Of a DNA stretch of 64,000 nucleotides, positions 39,001 to 48,700 are shown in pieces (position 1 is the stretch's first letter; every line of letters begins with the position of its first letter). The notes under the pieces were generated by a model. It ran no database searches. It saw only the letters and a list, made by a program, of their open reading frames with translations, and was not told the DNA's origin. The position numbers and the translations under genes are program-made. Origin of the DNA: a bacterium. GTDB taxonomy: Bacteria > Electryoneota > JAOADG01. The stretch is from contig OY820579.1 in NCBI GenBank assembly GCA_963681965.1, forward strand, positions 1,824,001-1,888,000. The letters are read 5' to 3'.

Positions 39001-39820
39001 TGTCCAGACCGAACTTCCGAACGGTAGTTCGTTCATGATCCAAGGTTACTATAAGGACTATTTCAATCTTATCGGTACCCAAACCGAAAAATACGGTCCG
39101 TTGACGATCGACCGATATGCCAACAAGGCGTATGGTCGTGCTCGTGGCTTTGAAATCGAGCTGGATCATACCATTGAGAATATCGCGCGGGAAGGTGATT
39201 TGCGATTGAATTCCTCCTACGACTTCTCATACACTGCCGGTAAGAGTTCGACCCAAGATGCCGATGCTTTGAACCGACTGAATGGTGTTCCGGCAAATAC
39301 CGAAGAATATCCCTTGGATTGGGATGAACGACATCGTGTGAACGCTAGTTTCGGTTTGCAATTCGCGGAAGGGCGATACCCGTACATTGCAGATTTCAAA
39401 ATTCCGGTAGACGATTGGTTTATGTCGATGGAATTCCAATATGGATCGGGTACTCCTTATACTCCGTCAAAGTACACTACGGGTCTCGATCCTAATTTGA
39501 TCACCGCCAACAGCGCGCGATATCCGTGGACGGAAAATACCAACATGAGAATTGAGAAGTATTTCCGCATGGGTGCAAAATCGGTATCAAACAACCGTTC
39601 CAACAGGGTTATTTTCAGTGTCGGTTTGGATATCAATAACGTGTGGAACCGTCGAAATATACAGGGACTCTATTCGGAAACCGGTAACCCCTATCAGGCA
39701 ATCCACCCCGATGATCCCAATTACAATCCGTTTGATGCTCGGCAGGATTATGACGCAAATCCTCGCAATTTCTCGGCACCACGTCAGATTCTATTCCGCT
39801 TCGGTGTGTCGTGGGAATAA
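36035..39820 (+). CDS. TonB-dependent outer-membrane transporter with N-terminal carboxypeptidase-like domain and large Dx[DN]x[DN]G-repeat insert
   Basis: Signal peptide; GKITGKV...G.Y.ILNIPPGTY; plug HVRGGR.GE...DG...GFSPEYGQALSG; barrel FSPRLGISHPIT, GNPNL, PLDWD; C-terminal PRQILFRFGVSWE. Confidence 0.93.
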   Translation: MRSSKIIVIVLLSLLVSGLAFGATSGKITGKVMLDDTKEGAISASVLILELKTGAKTDFEGNYTILNIPPGTYTLRFSYVGYASVKVNNVIVTSGVTFTQNATLKPEALQREEIVVKADPPKVQLDVTGGDKTIRKQDMERTSANSVQDIIAKKAGVKVDHEGALHVRGGRRGEVAMLLDGIDIRDPLVGRINDNVNLDADAISEINFLTDGFSPEYGQALSGIANASFREGDPEKYTAKAEYTSDQFNKKSSFGQDRITLFVSGPIPGTRKALKNPITFMVQATSSQTNTYLSYGIHREPNDYLGIGIKLPEKQYNNYDLTSKFAYQFPPDKSGGAKKITLTYTGSFSQWDLYPNGEANVSGDYGYRYKFNTENRPWARSNRNSVNVQFTNNLSSKTNYTVSFTFQNSRTLVQPRNKTPGEFTLRSQVEDYEANGQDLNGDGYPDGFVDANGDGIYSGGGHGYDDVNKNGKWDRGEDWVDLNSNGVYDASETFTDLNSNGVWDVGEPFVDLNGNARWDPAEPQLPEQDWNHNGHWDGERFQDADKDKKFTGWNWVDKNGNGKMDDGEQLWGNSGERLDGDGYDDTNNDGKCNKKELFATSQDTPEPYIDGDYFYDTGEPFIDQPDPVTGEYNGTRDDNEYWVDLPSTNVGFGMIVDTSSHSLREPTLNGKYDDPDGQPDEYELFCYPATPSQLRADPTRPVIYTGRWDGDVANWPRKNGRLFPYYFVDRSNSGIASDTLRSTWIKRTTTNLDPKIFNPPTGSYVAGDPFTDYNKNGVWNGRDLFLNPGQWDESAIWQDRKSVEYSLKTTWQSQIKHHELKAGVEAKYRDLQMQSISSPDMAYTGEVPLPAGSPWPDRGNTRDFYHYKPIEGAFYFNDKMEFEGLIVNAGIRNDFLITDPELRQQTKDAVSAGVPGAIVAQPGKAIFSPRLGISHPITKTSKLFFNYGHFYQRPDFTNFFKSTTSNVASGSVVGNPNLDYTKTVQYALGVQTELPNGSSFMIQGYYKDYFNLIGTQTEKYGPLTIDRYANKAYGRARGFEIELDHTIENIAREGDLRLNSSYDFSYTAGKSSTQDADALNRLNGVPANTEEYPLDWDERHRVNASFGLQFAEGRYPYIADFKIPVDDWFMSMEFQYGSGTPYTPSKYTTGLDPNLITANSARYPWTENTNMRIEKYFRMGAKSVSNNRSNRVIFSVGLDINNVWNRRNIQGLYSETGNPYQAIHPDDPNYNPFDARQDYDANPRNFSAPRQILFRFGVSWE
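37421..37600 (+). repeat. Four tandem 45-bp (15-aa) repeats encoding Ca-binding-type loops
   Basis: GYDDVNKNGKWDRGE / DWVDLNSNGVYDASE / TFTDLNSNGVWDVGE / PFVDLNGNARWDPAE. Confidence 0.85.
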
Positions 39821-39837
39821 GGGAGAGGAGTAACCGC

Positions 39838-41835
39838 ATGAAAAAATCGATAGGTATCGCGATTCTCATCGCTCTGCTCGCGATCGGAACCGGATGTAAG
39901 AAAGACGACGACAATAATACCAACAGCGGAAACGTGATTTCCGGGCAATTTTCCGGAAATCAGTCGGGTACATTTATCGTTACGGATGACATCGAAGTTC
40001 CTGCTGGACAAACTTTGACGCTCGCGCCGGGCACGGTGTTGATGTTTCAGGATTCGGTGAAGATGCTTGTCCGTGGACGGTTAATCGCCGAAGCCGATTC
40101 CGTACACATGATTCGCTTCACCTCTGCGAAACCTGTACCATCCTCTGGCGATTGGGGTGGAATCATTTTCTATCCAAACAGCAGCGCCAATTATTCATCG
40201 ATGAAGTTCTGCTTTATTGGATATGGCAATCGGTTCAACAATGCCTACGAGCAAGATACATCGGCAATTTATAACAAGACGCCTGGCGCTGTCTTCAAAG
40301 GAATGGTTTCAATTTACGGTGCAACCGTTAAATTGGAGCGTTGCCAGCTTTTCAAAGCTGGGTGGGAAGGTATCGAAGTCCAAGGTGGTGGATCCGCAGA
40401 AGTCAATTTCTGCAATCTCTTTAAGACTTCGAACTGCGGTATGAGTATCCGTATCGGTGGTACGATTGATGTAAACAACACCAATGTCATCAGTAGTCTA
40501 GACGTTGGTTTGGTCGTTCACGATACCGTCGACATTCACGGCAATCAAATATCTTGCGGCTCTTACACCGGTGGCTACAATAATATTTGGTCGAATCGTT
40601 CCGGAGATTATAAACGAAAACCGACCGGAATATTAACTCCGTTAGCGAACGATATTAGCGAAGATCCGCAGTTTATCAATCCCGACAATTTTAATTTCAA
40701 TCTGAAGCCGAGTTCTCCAATCATCGATATGGGCAATCCATCATCCAAGTGGGACCAAGATACCCCATCGGATAGTTCACGCCCCGATATCGGTGTATTC
40801 TTTTTCCAGAAATCGCCAACGAAATTATTCGGTCCATTGAATCGTCATTTAACGAAAAACGTGTACCGTGTCATCGCCGATTGTTGGGTTCCGGCGGATA
40901 GCACCTTGATTATCGATCCAGGGTGCGTTATCAAGTTCGATAGTCTTTACGGAATTCATGTTCAAGGTACTCTTACTGCAATCGGTACTGCTTCCGATTC
41001 GATCGTGTTCACTTCGAATCGCGATAATCCAGCGGCTGGCGATTGGAAAAATATCTACTTTGATGGATTGACTTCGCACCGTAGTCAAATGCAATACGCG
41101 AAAGTAAAATTCGCAAGTTGGTATCTCCCCGCGCAAACAGCAGGAGCCGGTGCAATTGCATTGAATGGTGTATCCGTCAAATTGAACGACATCACAATTC
41201 AAGATTGTTTCAACAATGGTCTCGATTTAATCAATGGGTGCGGCGATACCATTTCCAATGTTACGATCGAACGATTTGGGTTGTATGGTATTTCGTGCAA
41301 TCTGAATATTAATACCGTCTTTAGACATGTTAAAATTCGCAATGGATTGGGTACCGGTATTAACATCGTCTCGAATTCCAATCCTAATTTGAACAACGTT
41401 CTGATCGCAGACAATGGTGGTAGCGGAATCGTAATGAGTCAGTTAAGCGCACCAATCATGACTAATCTTACGATTGCAAACAATCACTACGACGGTATCA
41501 CAGTTAGAACCAATTCTTCGCCACGGATGACAAATTCGATCGTCGCGTTGAATTATCGGTATGGCATCAATTTGCGGGAATCTTCGCAATTGAATTCCGA
41601 TACTTCGAATTTTTTCTGGTATCAGGGAAGTGTCGACCGCAGTTTCTGGCGCGACGATAGCTCGGGAAGAGCGAATCTGTTTGTGATCCTGCAAAGTGGA
41701 AGAACGGAGTATGTGGCGATTGATCCGACTCGGGTAGTCAATCCGATGTTCGATGAAACTTCCGGAGATAAGTATCGATTGATGAGTGGTTCTCCGGCAG
41801 CTGGTCACGGTGCATTCGCCGGTTGGGACAAGTAG
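39838..41835 (+). CDS. Lipoprotein with two right-handed parallel beta-helix modules
   Basis: Lipobox IGTG-C then KKDDD; duplicated TL.I.PG...G.L.A...I.FTS...GDW..I.F module; PbH1-like N..I..N...GI repeats; RBS GAGGAG. Confidence 0.82.
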   Translation: MKKSIGIAILIALLAIGTGCKKDDDNNTNSGNVISGQFSGNQSGTFIVTDDIEVPAGQTLTLAPGTVLMFQDSVKMLVRGRLIAEADSVHMIRFTSAKPVPSSGDWGGIIFYPNSSANYSSMKFCFIGYGNRFNNAYEQDTSAIYNKTPGAVFKGMVSIYGATVKLERCQLFKAGWEGIEVQGGGSAEVNFCNLFKTSNCGMSIRIGGTIDVNNTNVISSLDVGLVVHDTVDIHGNQISCGSYTGGYNNIWSNRSGDYKRKPTGILTPLANDISEDPQFINPDNFNFNLKPSSPIIDMGNPSSKWDQDTPSDSSRPDIGVFFFQKSPTKLFGPLNRHLTKNVYRVIADCWVPADSTLIIDPGCVIKFDSLYGIHVQGTLTAIGTASDSIVFTSNRDNPAAGDWKNIYFDGLTSHRSQMQYAKVKFASWYLPAQTAGAGAIALNGVSVKLNDITIQDCFNNGLDLINGCGDTISNVTIERFGLYGISCNLNINTVFRHVKIRNGLGTGINIVSNSNPNLNNVLIADNGGSGIVMSQLSAPIMTNLTIANNHYDGITVRTNSSPRMTNSIVALNYRYGINLRESSQLNSDTSNFFWYQGSVDRSFWRDDSSGRANLFVILQSGRTEYVAIDPTRVVNPMFDETSGDKYRLMSGSPAAGHGAFAGWDK

Positions 41836-41859
41836 ATTAACGTCGAAAGGGTTGTTTGA

Positions 41860-44697
41860 ATGCGACGCGGGTTACACATAATACTTCTGAGTTGTCTTTG
41901 TGCAACTTCCTGGGCGATGAACTATGCGCCCAAGGGACAGGATCGCGGACCAGTACGCAAAGGTGTTGCCGTTACTCAACTGTCCAATCAAAATATGCAA
42001 AATCGTGTTCACCGTGCCGGTGGCGTGTGGATGAACATGACCAATTACGGATTTTTCGGAAATGACAATCGCGGCGATGCCAATGCGATGGCCGATCCCG
42101 AATATCCGGGTGTATACGCACCACAGCTAGAATATCCGGGTGGTTCTGGTCGCGAATACCTATTCATGGGTGCGCTCTGGGTTGGAGCACTGATCCAGCA
42201 AACCGGAAAACCCGAATTTCCTCGCGTAAGTACAGGTGTTGATGGATGGGTCAATCCAAGTGGTCGACTGCGCGGTGAATTTTTCCCCGGTGAAGGCAAT
42301 CGAGCAGCAATCATCGAGCGGTCGAAAAATCTGAATATTGTCAATCGCTTGGGTGAAGCGGTGGATACGACTGGGGCGGTTAGTCAACAAGACTTTATCG
42401 CTACCTATACCGATACATTAACGGAAAGTTATTATGTGCCATCCGACGATATCGATGGAACACATATTCCGTTGGGAATTAAGGTCACTCAGAAAAGCTA
42501 TGCCTGGTCGTATAATTATGCTGAGAACTTTATTATTCTCGATTATGAAATCGAAAACATCGCTTCCAATTATTTAAAGAACGTGTATGTCGGAATTTAC
42601 TTGGATGCCGACGTTGGTATGGTAGATGAGACCGATCGTCACATCGATGATATCACTGGATTTCAGGAATTCTACTATCCTCCGGCAACCGAAGGTATTG
42701 AGTACGACTCCCTCCGTGATCGCAAGGTGATCAATTGTGCATGGATTGCTGATAACGATGGACGCCCGAATACGGTGCATAGCGGCAACGATTTCACCGT
42801 ACCCGATGTGATGGCGACTCGCGTACTTCGCGCTCCAAACCCATTTTTAAAGACATCTTACAACTGGTGGGTTTCAAATCAAAATACCGATCTTGACTAC
42901 GGTCCCAGTTGGCAGGATGCCAGTGTCGATGGCGAATGGCCGAATAACGTCAGTACCGCAATGGGTGACAAGCGAAAGTACATGATTTTGTCGAATCGCG
43001 AATTTGACTTTGATCAGACTTCGACGCGGTATGCTGGCGATCAAAGCTGGATCGATGCCGATTCCACCCAACAAGTCGATCTCGACAATCCAACTTTGCC
43101 CAAGCACAAGTGGAAAATGTTAACCGGAAACAAGCGGGACAATGCTACTCGTCTGAGCAATGGTTTCGATACTCGCTTCTTACTGTCTTGGGGTCCGTTA
43201 GGTATTCTTGATGGTGCCGATGAAAATGGAAAACTTCGGTATCGATTAAATCCGCAGGAAAAATTCTGGATCACAATGGCTGTGATCATGGGTAAAGGAT
43301 TTCACAATCCTGACAATGAACAACTTGGTTCCACTATTGAATCCAGTAAATTCCGCTTCGTTCGCTTAACCGAAGCAGCCGCACAAGCAGCGTCGGTGTT
43401 CGATAATTCGATGAAAGACACCCGCACGGTACGGTATCCCCACGGCGACGGTTGGTTTGGAGAAGATGTCGGTGCCGATGGTCTCTATACCGATGCATCG
43501 ACTGGATTCGGAGATAGTATTGTCATCGAAGGTATTTTCAAAACCATGTATCCCGGAAAAGATGACGGCGAGAAAAACGGTCGTATCGATTCGCTGCGTG
43601 TTGCAGCATGGGCTGGTTTAACTGAAGATACCCATCCGTGGTATCCCGATCGACTGACCTATATGAAGGGTAACGGCGTTTTGGATGCTGGTGATGGCGA
43701 TCCCGATTTTCTTGGACCGCCCCCGCCTCCAGCACCGAAAGTCGAAATTGTCTCATCGCCGAATGCAATCACTATTGTCTGGTATGCTTCTTCGGGTGCC
43801 GACGATCCTGAAACGTTCGTAGATCCGTTCTCAACCCAGCGCGATTTCGAAGGATTCCGATTGTATGTTTCGAATTCCGGTTTGGAGAACGATTTCAGTT
43901 TTGTGAAGCAGTGGGATAAAATCGATTTCGGATTTTTCTGGGATGAAGGTCCAAACCGTGGTACGCTAGCCGATTATCCGGTTGGAATGACTCAGGATTC
44001 ATTCGAACATCTTCCTGATTCAATCCGGTTCCGCCGCGTTGACGGTTTACTGCAAGTGATGAAAGCTTCCGGTAAAAATAGCGGATTTAATGGAATTCTA
44101 TCAATCAAACATGTTCCGGTAATGCGGAATGGTGTCTTGGTTGATTCAACTTATCGATGTTTTTCGTACACGATTTCGGATGTATCACCACTTTACGCCC
44201 GATATTATGCAATTACTTCTTACGATTTTGGCGATCCGAAACGCGGTACTGAAGAACTTGAAACGGCGAAGACTGCAACGATGCAGCACACTGCACCATC
44301 AGGTACTCCGGATCGACCGGTTGGTGTCGTACCGAATCCGTATCGCGTTGATCGAGATTACACGCTTCAGCATTCGGGTGGTTTGTCGTGGGAAAATCAG
44401 GACGACGGTACCGTCGATTTCTTCCCGCAGCAAGACCGTCGGATGTGGTTCTATAACTTGCCGAGACAGTGTTTGGTGCGAATCTTCACCGTTTCCGGCG
44501 ATTTGGTTGCGGCAATACCGCACAATATCGAAGGCGATCGACATCTGTGCACTAATTACGATTATGCCGTCTGTTGGAATTTGCATAATCGCAATGAGCA
44601 AATGGTCGTCAGCGGTTTATACCTGTTTTCCGTCGAAGATAAAACTCCGGGTAATTCGGGCAAGATCCAGACCGGCAAGTTCGTTATCATCCGTTGA
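41860..44697 (+). CDS. Large secreted protein of unknown function with FN3-like region and divergent T9SS-type C-terminal domain
   Basis: Sec signal; NMTNYGFFG, EYPGGSG.EYLF.GALWVG, QKSYAWS; PPPAP...DFEGFRLY; C-terminal VVPNPY...FYNLP...RIFTVSGDLV...SGLYLFSVE...GKFVIIR. Confidence 0.75.
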   Translation: MRRGLHIILLSCLCATSWAMNYAPKGQDRGPVRKGVAVTQLSNQNMQNRVHRAGGVWMNMTNYGFFGNDNRGDANAMADPEYPGVYAPQLEYPGGSGREYLFMGALWVGALIQQTGKPEFPRVSTGVDGWVNPSGRLRGEFFPGEGNRAAIIERSKNLNIVNRLGEAVDTTGAVSQQDFIATYTDTLTESYYVPSDDIDGTHIPLGIKVTQKSYAWSYNYAENFIILDYEIENIASNYLKNVYVGIYLDADVGMVDETDRHIDDITGFQEFYYPPATEGIEYDSLRDRKVINCAWIADNDGRPNTVHSGNDFTVPDVMATRVLRAPNPFLKTSYNWWVSNQNTDLDYGPSWQDASVDGEWPNNVSTAMGDKRKYMILSNREFDFDQTSTRYAGDQSWIDADSTQQVDLDNPTLPKHKWKMLTGNKRDNATRLSNGFDTRFLLSWGPLGILDGADENGKLRYRLNPQEKFWITMAVIMGKGFHNPDNEQLGSTIESSKFRFVRLTEAAAQAASVFDNSMKDTRTVRYPHGDGWFGEDVGADGLYTDASTGFGDSIVIEGIFKTMYPGKDDGEKNGRIDSLRVAAWAGLTEDTHPWYPDRLTYMKGNGVLDAGDGDPDFLGPPPPPAPKVEIVSSPNAITIVWYASSGADDPETFVDPFSTQRDFEGFRLYVSNSGLENDFSFVKQWDKIDFGFFWDEGPNRGTLADYPVGMTQDSFEHLPDSIRFRRVDGLLQVMKASGKNSGFNGILSIKHVPVMRNGVLVDSTYRCFSYTISDVSPLYARYYAITSYDFGDPKRGTEELETAKTATMQHTAPSGTPDRPVGVVPNPYRVDRDYTLQHSGGLSWENQDDGTVDFFPQQDRRMWFYNLPRQCLVRIFTVSGDLVAAIPHNIEGDRHLCTNYDYAVCWNLHNRNEQMVVSGLYLFSVEDKTPGNSGKIQTGKFVIIR

Positions 44698-44718
44698 TTG
44701 CTGGCAAGGAGCGTATTC

Positions 44719-45738
44719 ATGAAGAGAAGTTGGCGTAACCTGGCGATTCTGACGCTCGTGATGTGTCTGCCGGGAATAGTGTTCGCGCAAGCAAAAGTCG
44801 GAACTGCGACATTTCAGTTTCTGAAAATCGGTCCTTCCGCGCGAGCTGTTGCGATGGGTGAGTCTTTCATCGCAATCTCGAACGATGCATCGGCGACTTT
44901 TTACAATCCGGGTGCGATGATTACGATCAAGCGTCCGAAATACTTGATGTCGCATGTTTCGTATCCGGCTGGTGTCAGCTACAATTATCTTTCCGGAGTG
45001 TATCCCGTTCCCAGAATGGATGGCGTGTTGGGTGCATTTGTTTCAGGATTGTCAACCGACAATATGAACGAAACAACGCCCGAAATGCCGTACGGAACTG
45101 GAAGAACATTTACTGTTTCGGAGATGACGGCTGGTGTGTCTGCTTGCAGAAAACTAACTGATAAATTTTCGGTTGGGTTAACCGGTCGATTTATCAAATC
45201 AAATCTGGCAGACGTGTCAACTACCGGATGGTCGGCGGATGTTGGAACATACTACGAAACCGGCTGGAATAAAATCCGAATTGCAATGGTGATTCAGAAT
45301 TTCGGTCCGGACGTGAAGTATCTTCAAACTGAAGAAAATCTTCCGATGAATTTTAAATTTGGTGCTGCCGCCGAAGTATTTAATCGAGACGACCAATCGG
45401 TACTGGTAGCCTTGGAAGGATGGCATCCGAACGACAATATCGAAATGATTGCCGTTGGTGCCGAATACGATTATCACAATTTTATTCAATTTCGAATTGG
45501 TAAGAAGGTAAACGGTATCCGTCGGGATTCGTGGAGCGATTACGCTGCCCATCCGACTTCGATGGATCCATTTATCGAATATCCGATCATCAACGAAAAA
45601 GGCGGAATATCTTTTGATGGCGCTTCGGTAGGTTTCGGTTTGAAACTGCCGATGGGGCTTGCGATCGACTATTCGCTATCGAATATCGGCTTTTTCGGCG
45701 ATCTGCACCGTTTTACGCTCAGTTATGCAATGAAGTGA
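44719..45738 (+). CDS. PorV/PorQ-family outer-membrane barrel
   Basis: FLKIGPSARAVAMGE...NDASATFYNPG signature, LTDKFSVG, ADVG, NFG, LPMNFKFG, HRFTL near the C-terminus; RBS AAGGAG. Confidence 0.88.
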   Translation: MKRSWRNLAILTLVMCLPGIVFAQAKVGTATFQFLKIGPSARAVAMGESFIAISNDASATFYNPGAMITIKRPKYLMSHVSYPAGVSYNYLSGVYPVPRMDGVLGAFVSGLSTDNMNETTPEMPYGTGRTFTVSEMTAGVSACRKLTDKFSVGLTGRFIKSNLADVSTTGWSADVGTYYETGWNKIRIAMVIQNFGPDVKYLQTEENLPMNFKFGAAAEVFNRDDQSVLVALEGWHPNDNIEMIAVGAEYDYHNFIQFRIGKKVNGIRRDSWSDYAAHPTSMDPFIEYPIINEKGGISFDGASVGFGLKLPMGLAIDYSLSNIGFFGDLHRFTLSYAMK

Positions 45739-45745
45739 GGGTAGT

Positions 45746-48700
45746 GTGAGAATACTAAGCAAACGACGTTACGTCTTCGTACTCCTGACTGCCACCTTGA
45801 TGGTACTCGGATGCGCGTTAAGTGCATGGGCAATTGATGTGCAGGGTAACCAATCGGGGATTTGGAGTTATAGCAACAGCCCCTATCGCATTACTGGAAA
45901 CGTAACTGTGCCGAAGGGTGACACACTCTTTATCGAAGCGGGTGTGCAGGTAATTTATACGGGTTCGTATGAAATCTTGGTCGACTCCAATGCGACGTTT
46001 ATCGTGCGTGGAGATTCCTCGTACACGAGAACCATAACTTCGATCGACACCGTGAAATTCACCAGCTCGAATGCTTCACCAGATACTTTGTGGGGACGAG
46101 GCGTTCGCTTTATTCTTGCGAACAACAACTCCCAAATTAGATACGCTAAAGTCAATATGATGCACGCTCGGGGAATCTGGCCGAAGAACAATGGTGGCGC
46201 ATTTTACATCGAAGGATGCAGTCCGCGATTTAAATTCGTCGAAGTTTATGGCTGTCGTGCCGATTACTACGGTGGTGCATTTCATTTTTGGTTCTCCAAC
46301 AGTACCCTTGAGCAAGTATTAATCGATACCTGTTTTTCCCAGCAGGGTGGTGCCGGTATCGACGCCTGGTATTCGACGATCAATCTTCGGTTTTCTACTA
46401 TCGTTCGAAACTATATGCCTGACGCAGCATGGATATGGGATCGTGGTGCCGGTTTATACATCGGTTCCAATTCACTTGTCCGAATTTCGCACTGCATTTT
46501 CATGAAAAATAATAATCTTCCTGCTAGTGTGACGCGTGAAAGTGGCATCAATACGACTGGTGAAAACAGCAGTTTTACTTCTGAATATTCATTTTGGAAG
46601 GGAATTGCCTCGGGCAATGGAAACGTGATTTTGGACTTTACAAGTTCCTATTCGCCATTTTTGAGATCTCCACTGTGGTGTCCCACTGTTGCCAGTCCAT
46701 TCGTCGATGTCGGTGATAAAGATTTTGTCGGTGATGCCGATTCTACTTATGGATTCCGATTTGAACCGGCTCCCAATGGTAACCGCATCAATATTGGGTA
46801 TTACGCTGGTACAGTATATGCTGCACGGTCATTGCCGTTGGCAAAAATTAACGGAACGAACGACGAGTCGGTAACCACGAATGATACATTGCTCTGGCTC
46901 AAAGACGGTTCAGCAGTGAATAATGGTGTAACTGTTACCCAAACGATCATCATTAAGAATCAGAGTAAAGTTCCTCACGATGCCAGTGCATTGCGAATGA
47001 GCAATCTTATGGTGCACGATTCATCGCTGACCATCCAATTAACGATTAACGATCGCGATACGATCATTCAGAGTCTTGCTTCGGTACCGCCAATTTTCGG
47101 TCCCAACGCAAACAAAGCCGATACTGCATTAACATTGAAGATTAATTGGACACCCCGCGTAACCGGTGATTCCGTTCGATTCTTATCCCAGATTACCTGG
47201 GATTGGAACGATAGCAATACTGTTCAACAACCCTATATATTCTGGTTTAAAGCGCTGGGAATTAATCCGCATATCGCAGCCGGTATCATCGATAATTCCG
47301 GACACGAAGTAGCAATTGATACGGGCGGTGTCGACTTTGGTGTTCAACGCCTCCACTCGAAAACGATTAAGAAATTACCTGTTCATAGTACCGGTACTAC
47401 AACACTGGACATCTATTACGCTCGATTCGTCAATTCGACTCGCGCCGGTTACTCGGTAGATAAAATCTGGTGGGCGAAATTCGATTCCATTTACACGCGC
47501 GATACCAATGGTTACATGGACAACGTCGGTAAAACATTGACTGCCGGTCGATCGGACACGATTTATTTCGCCTTTACACCGGATTCGGTCGGTGCTTACG
47601 AAGAAACGATGTATATCCTCTCCAGCGATACGACCATCAGTTTCCCGGTGAAAGGTTTTTCGCGAGGTGCTTATCTTCGTACCGATGCTACACACAACTT
47701 CACCAATCGATCGATTGGATTTGTACCTGTCGGGCAAAACCGCCGGATGTACATCAAGATTTCGAATAATGGAAACGATACACTGAAAATCGACAGTATC
47801 CGATTCTTCAAGCGAAATGGCACCGATTATTCCACTACGATGTTAACTGACATGACCCATCAAATCGTCGTGGCACCTGTCGGTGAATCGTATCGTCCGA
47901 CTGCCGATTCAATCCCGGTAGTCTTTGCACCGGATAGTGTCAAATTGGATACGATTCACGGAATGATTTATTCCAACAGTTATCGGAGTGAGCCGATCAG
48001 TGTTATCGTTCGCGGTGTTTTGTTCGGAACCTATTTGTCATCGAACATTTCCGGTACCCTTACATCGGCAAATTCACCTTATGTCGTTACTGGATCGGTT
48101 TTAATTGATAGTACCAGCGCATTGCGCATCGAAAGCGGTTCCAAAGTTCTATTCGAACCGAATGCAACACTCAATATTCGCGGTAAGTTGGTCATCCATG
48201 GAACTGGTTACGATACCACGAAGTCGGTACGGTTTGGTGCACTCGATTCAACCAACAATCGGAAAGCATTGTTGAATTTCGTTGAAACGTCGGAAGACAA
48301 TTCGATTTCTTATACCGAATTTTGTGGTCCATTACGAGACAATACCACTCGCGAACCATTGATTAAGGTAAAACGTTCAACAATTTCATTAGATCATTGT
48401 ACTTTCACGAAGGGTAAATCGGATACCGGGTCGGCGATTAACGCTTATCAGAGCGCAGTCAACCTAACTCGTAATTACTTTACCAATAACAAGAGTACAC
48501 TGGGCGGCGCTTTTTATTCATTTGATAGCCGCGTGGTAATGATCCGAAATCGATTCGAAGCGAATATTGCCGATAGTATTGGTGGTGCGTGCTACACTCG
48601 TGGCAACAATTCGAATTTCTCATCGTACAACGATCTTTATAAATTGAATACTGCTTATAAAGGTGCTGCAATCGGTATCTATGACGGTGCAACGACCGAC

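Noticed and set aside
44129-44722. 197-aa alternate-frame ORF and the many other short overlapping ORFs in the track
   Set aside because: They overlap well-supported genes and show no motifs or RBS; treated as spurious
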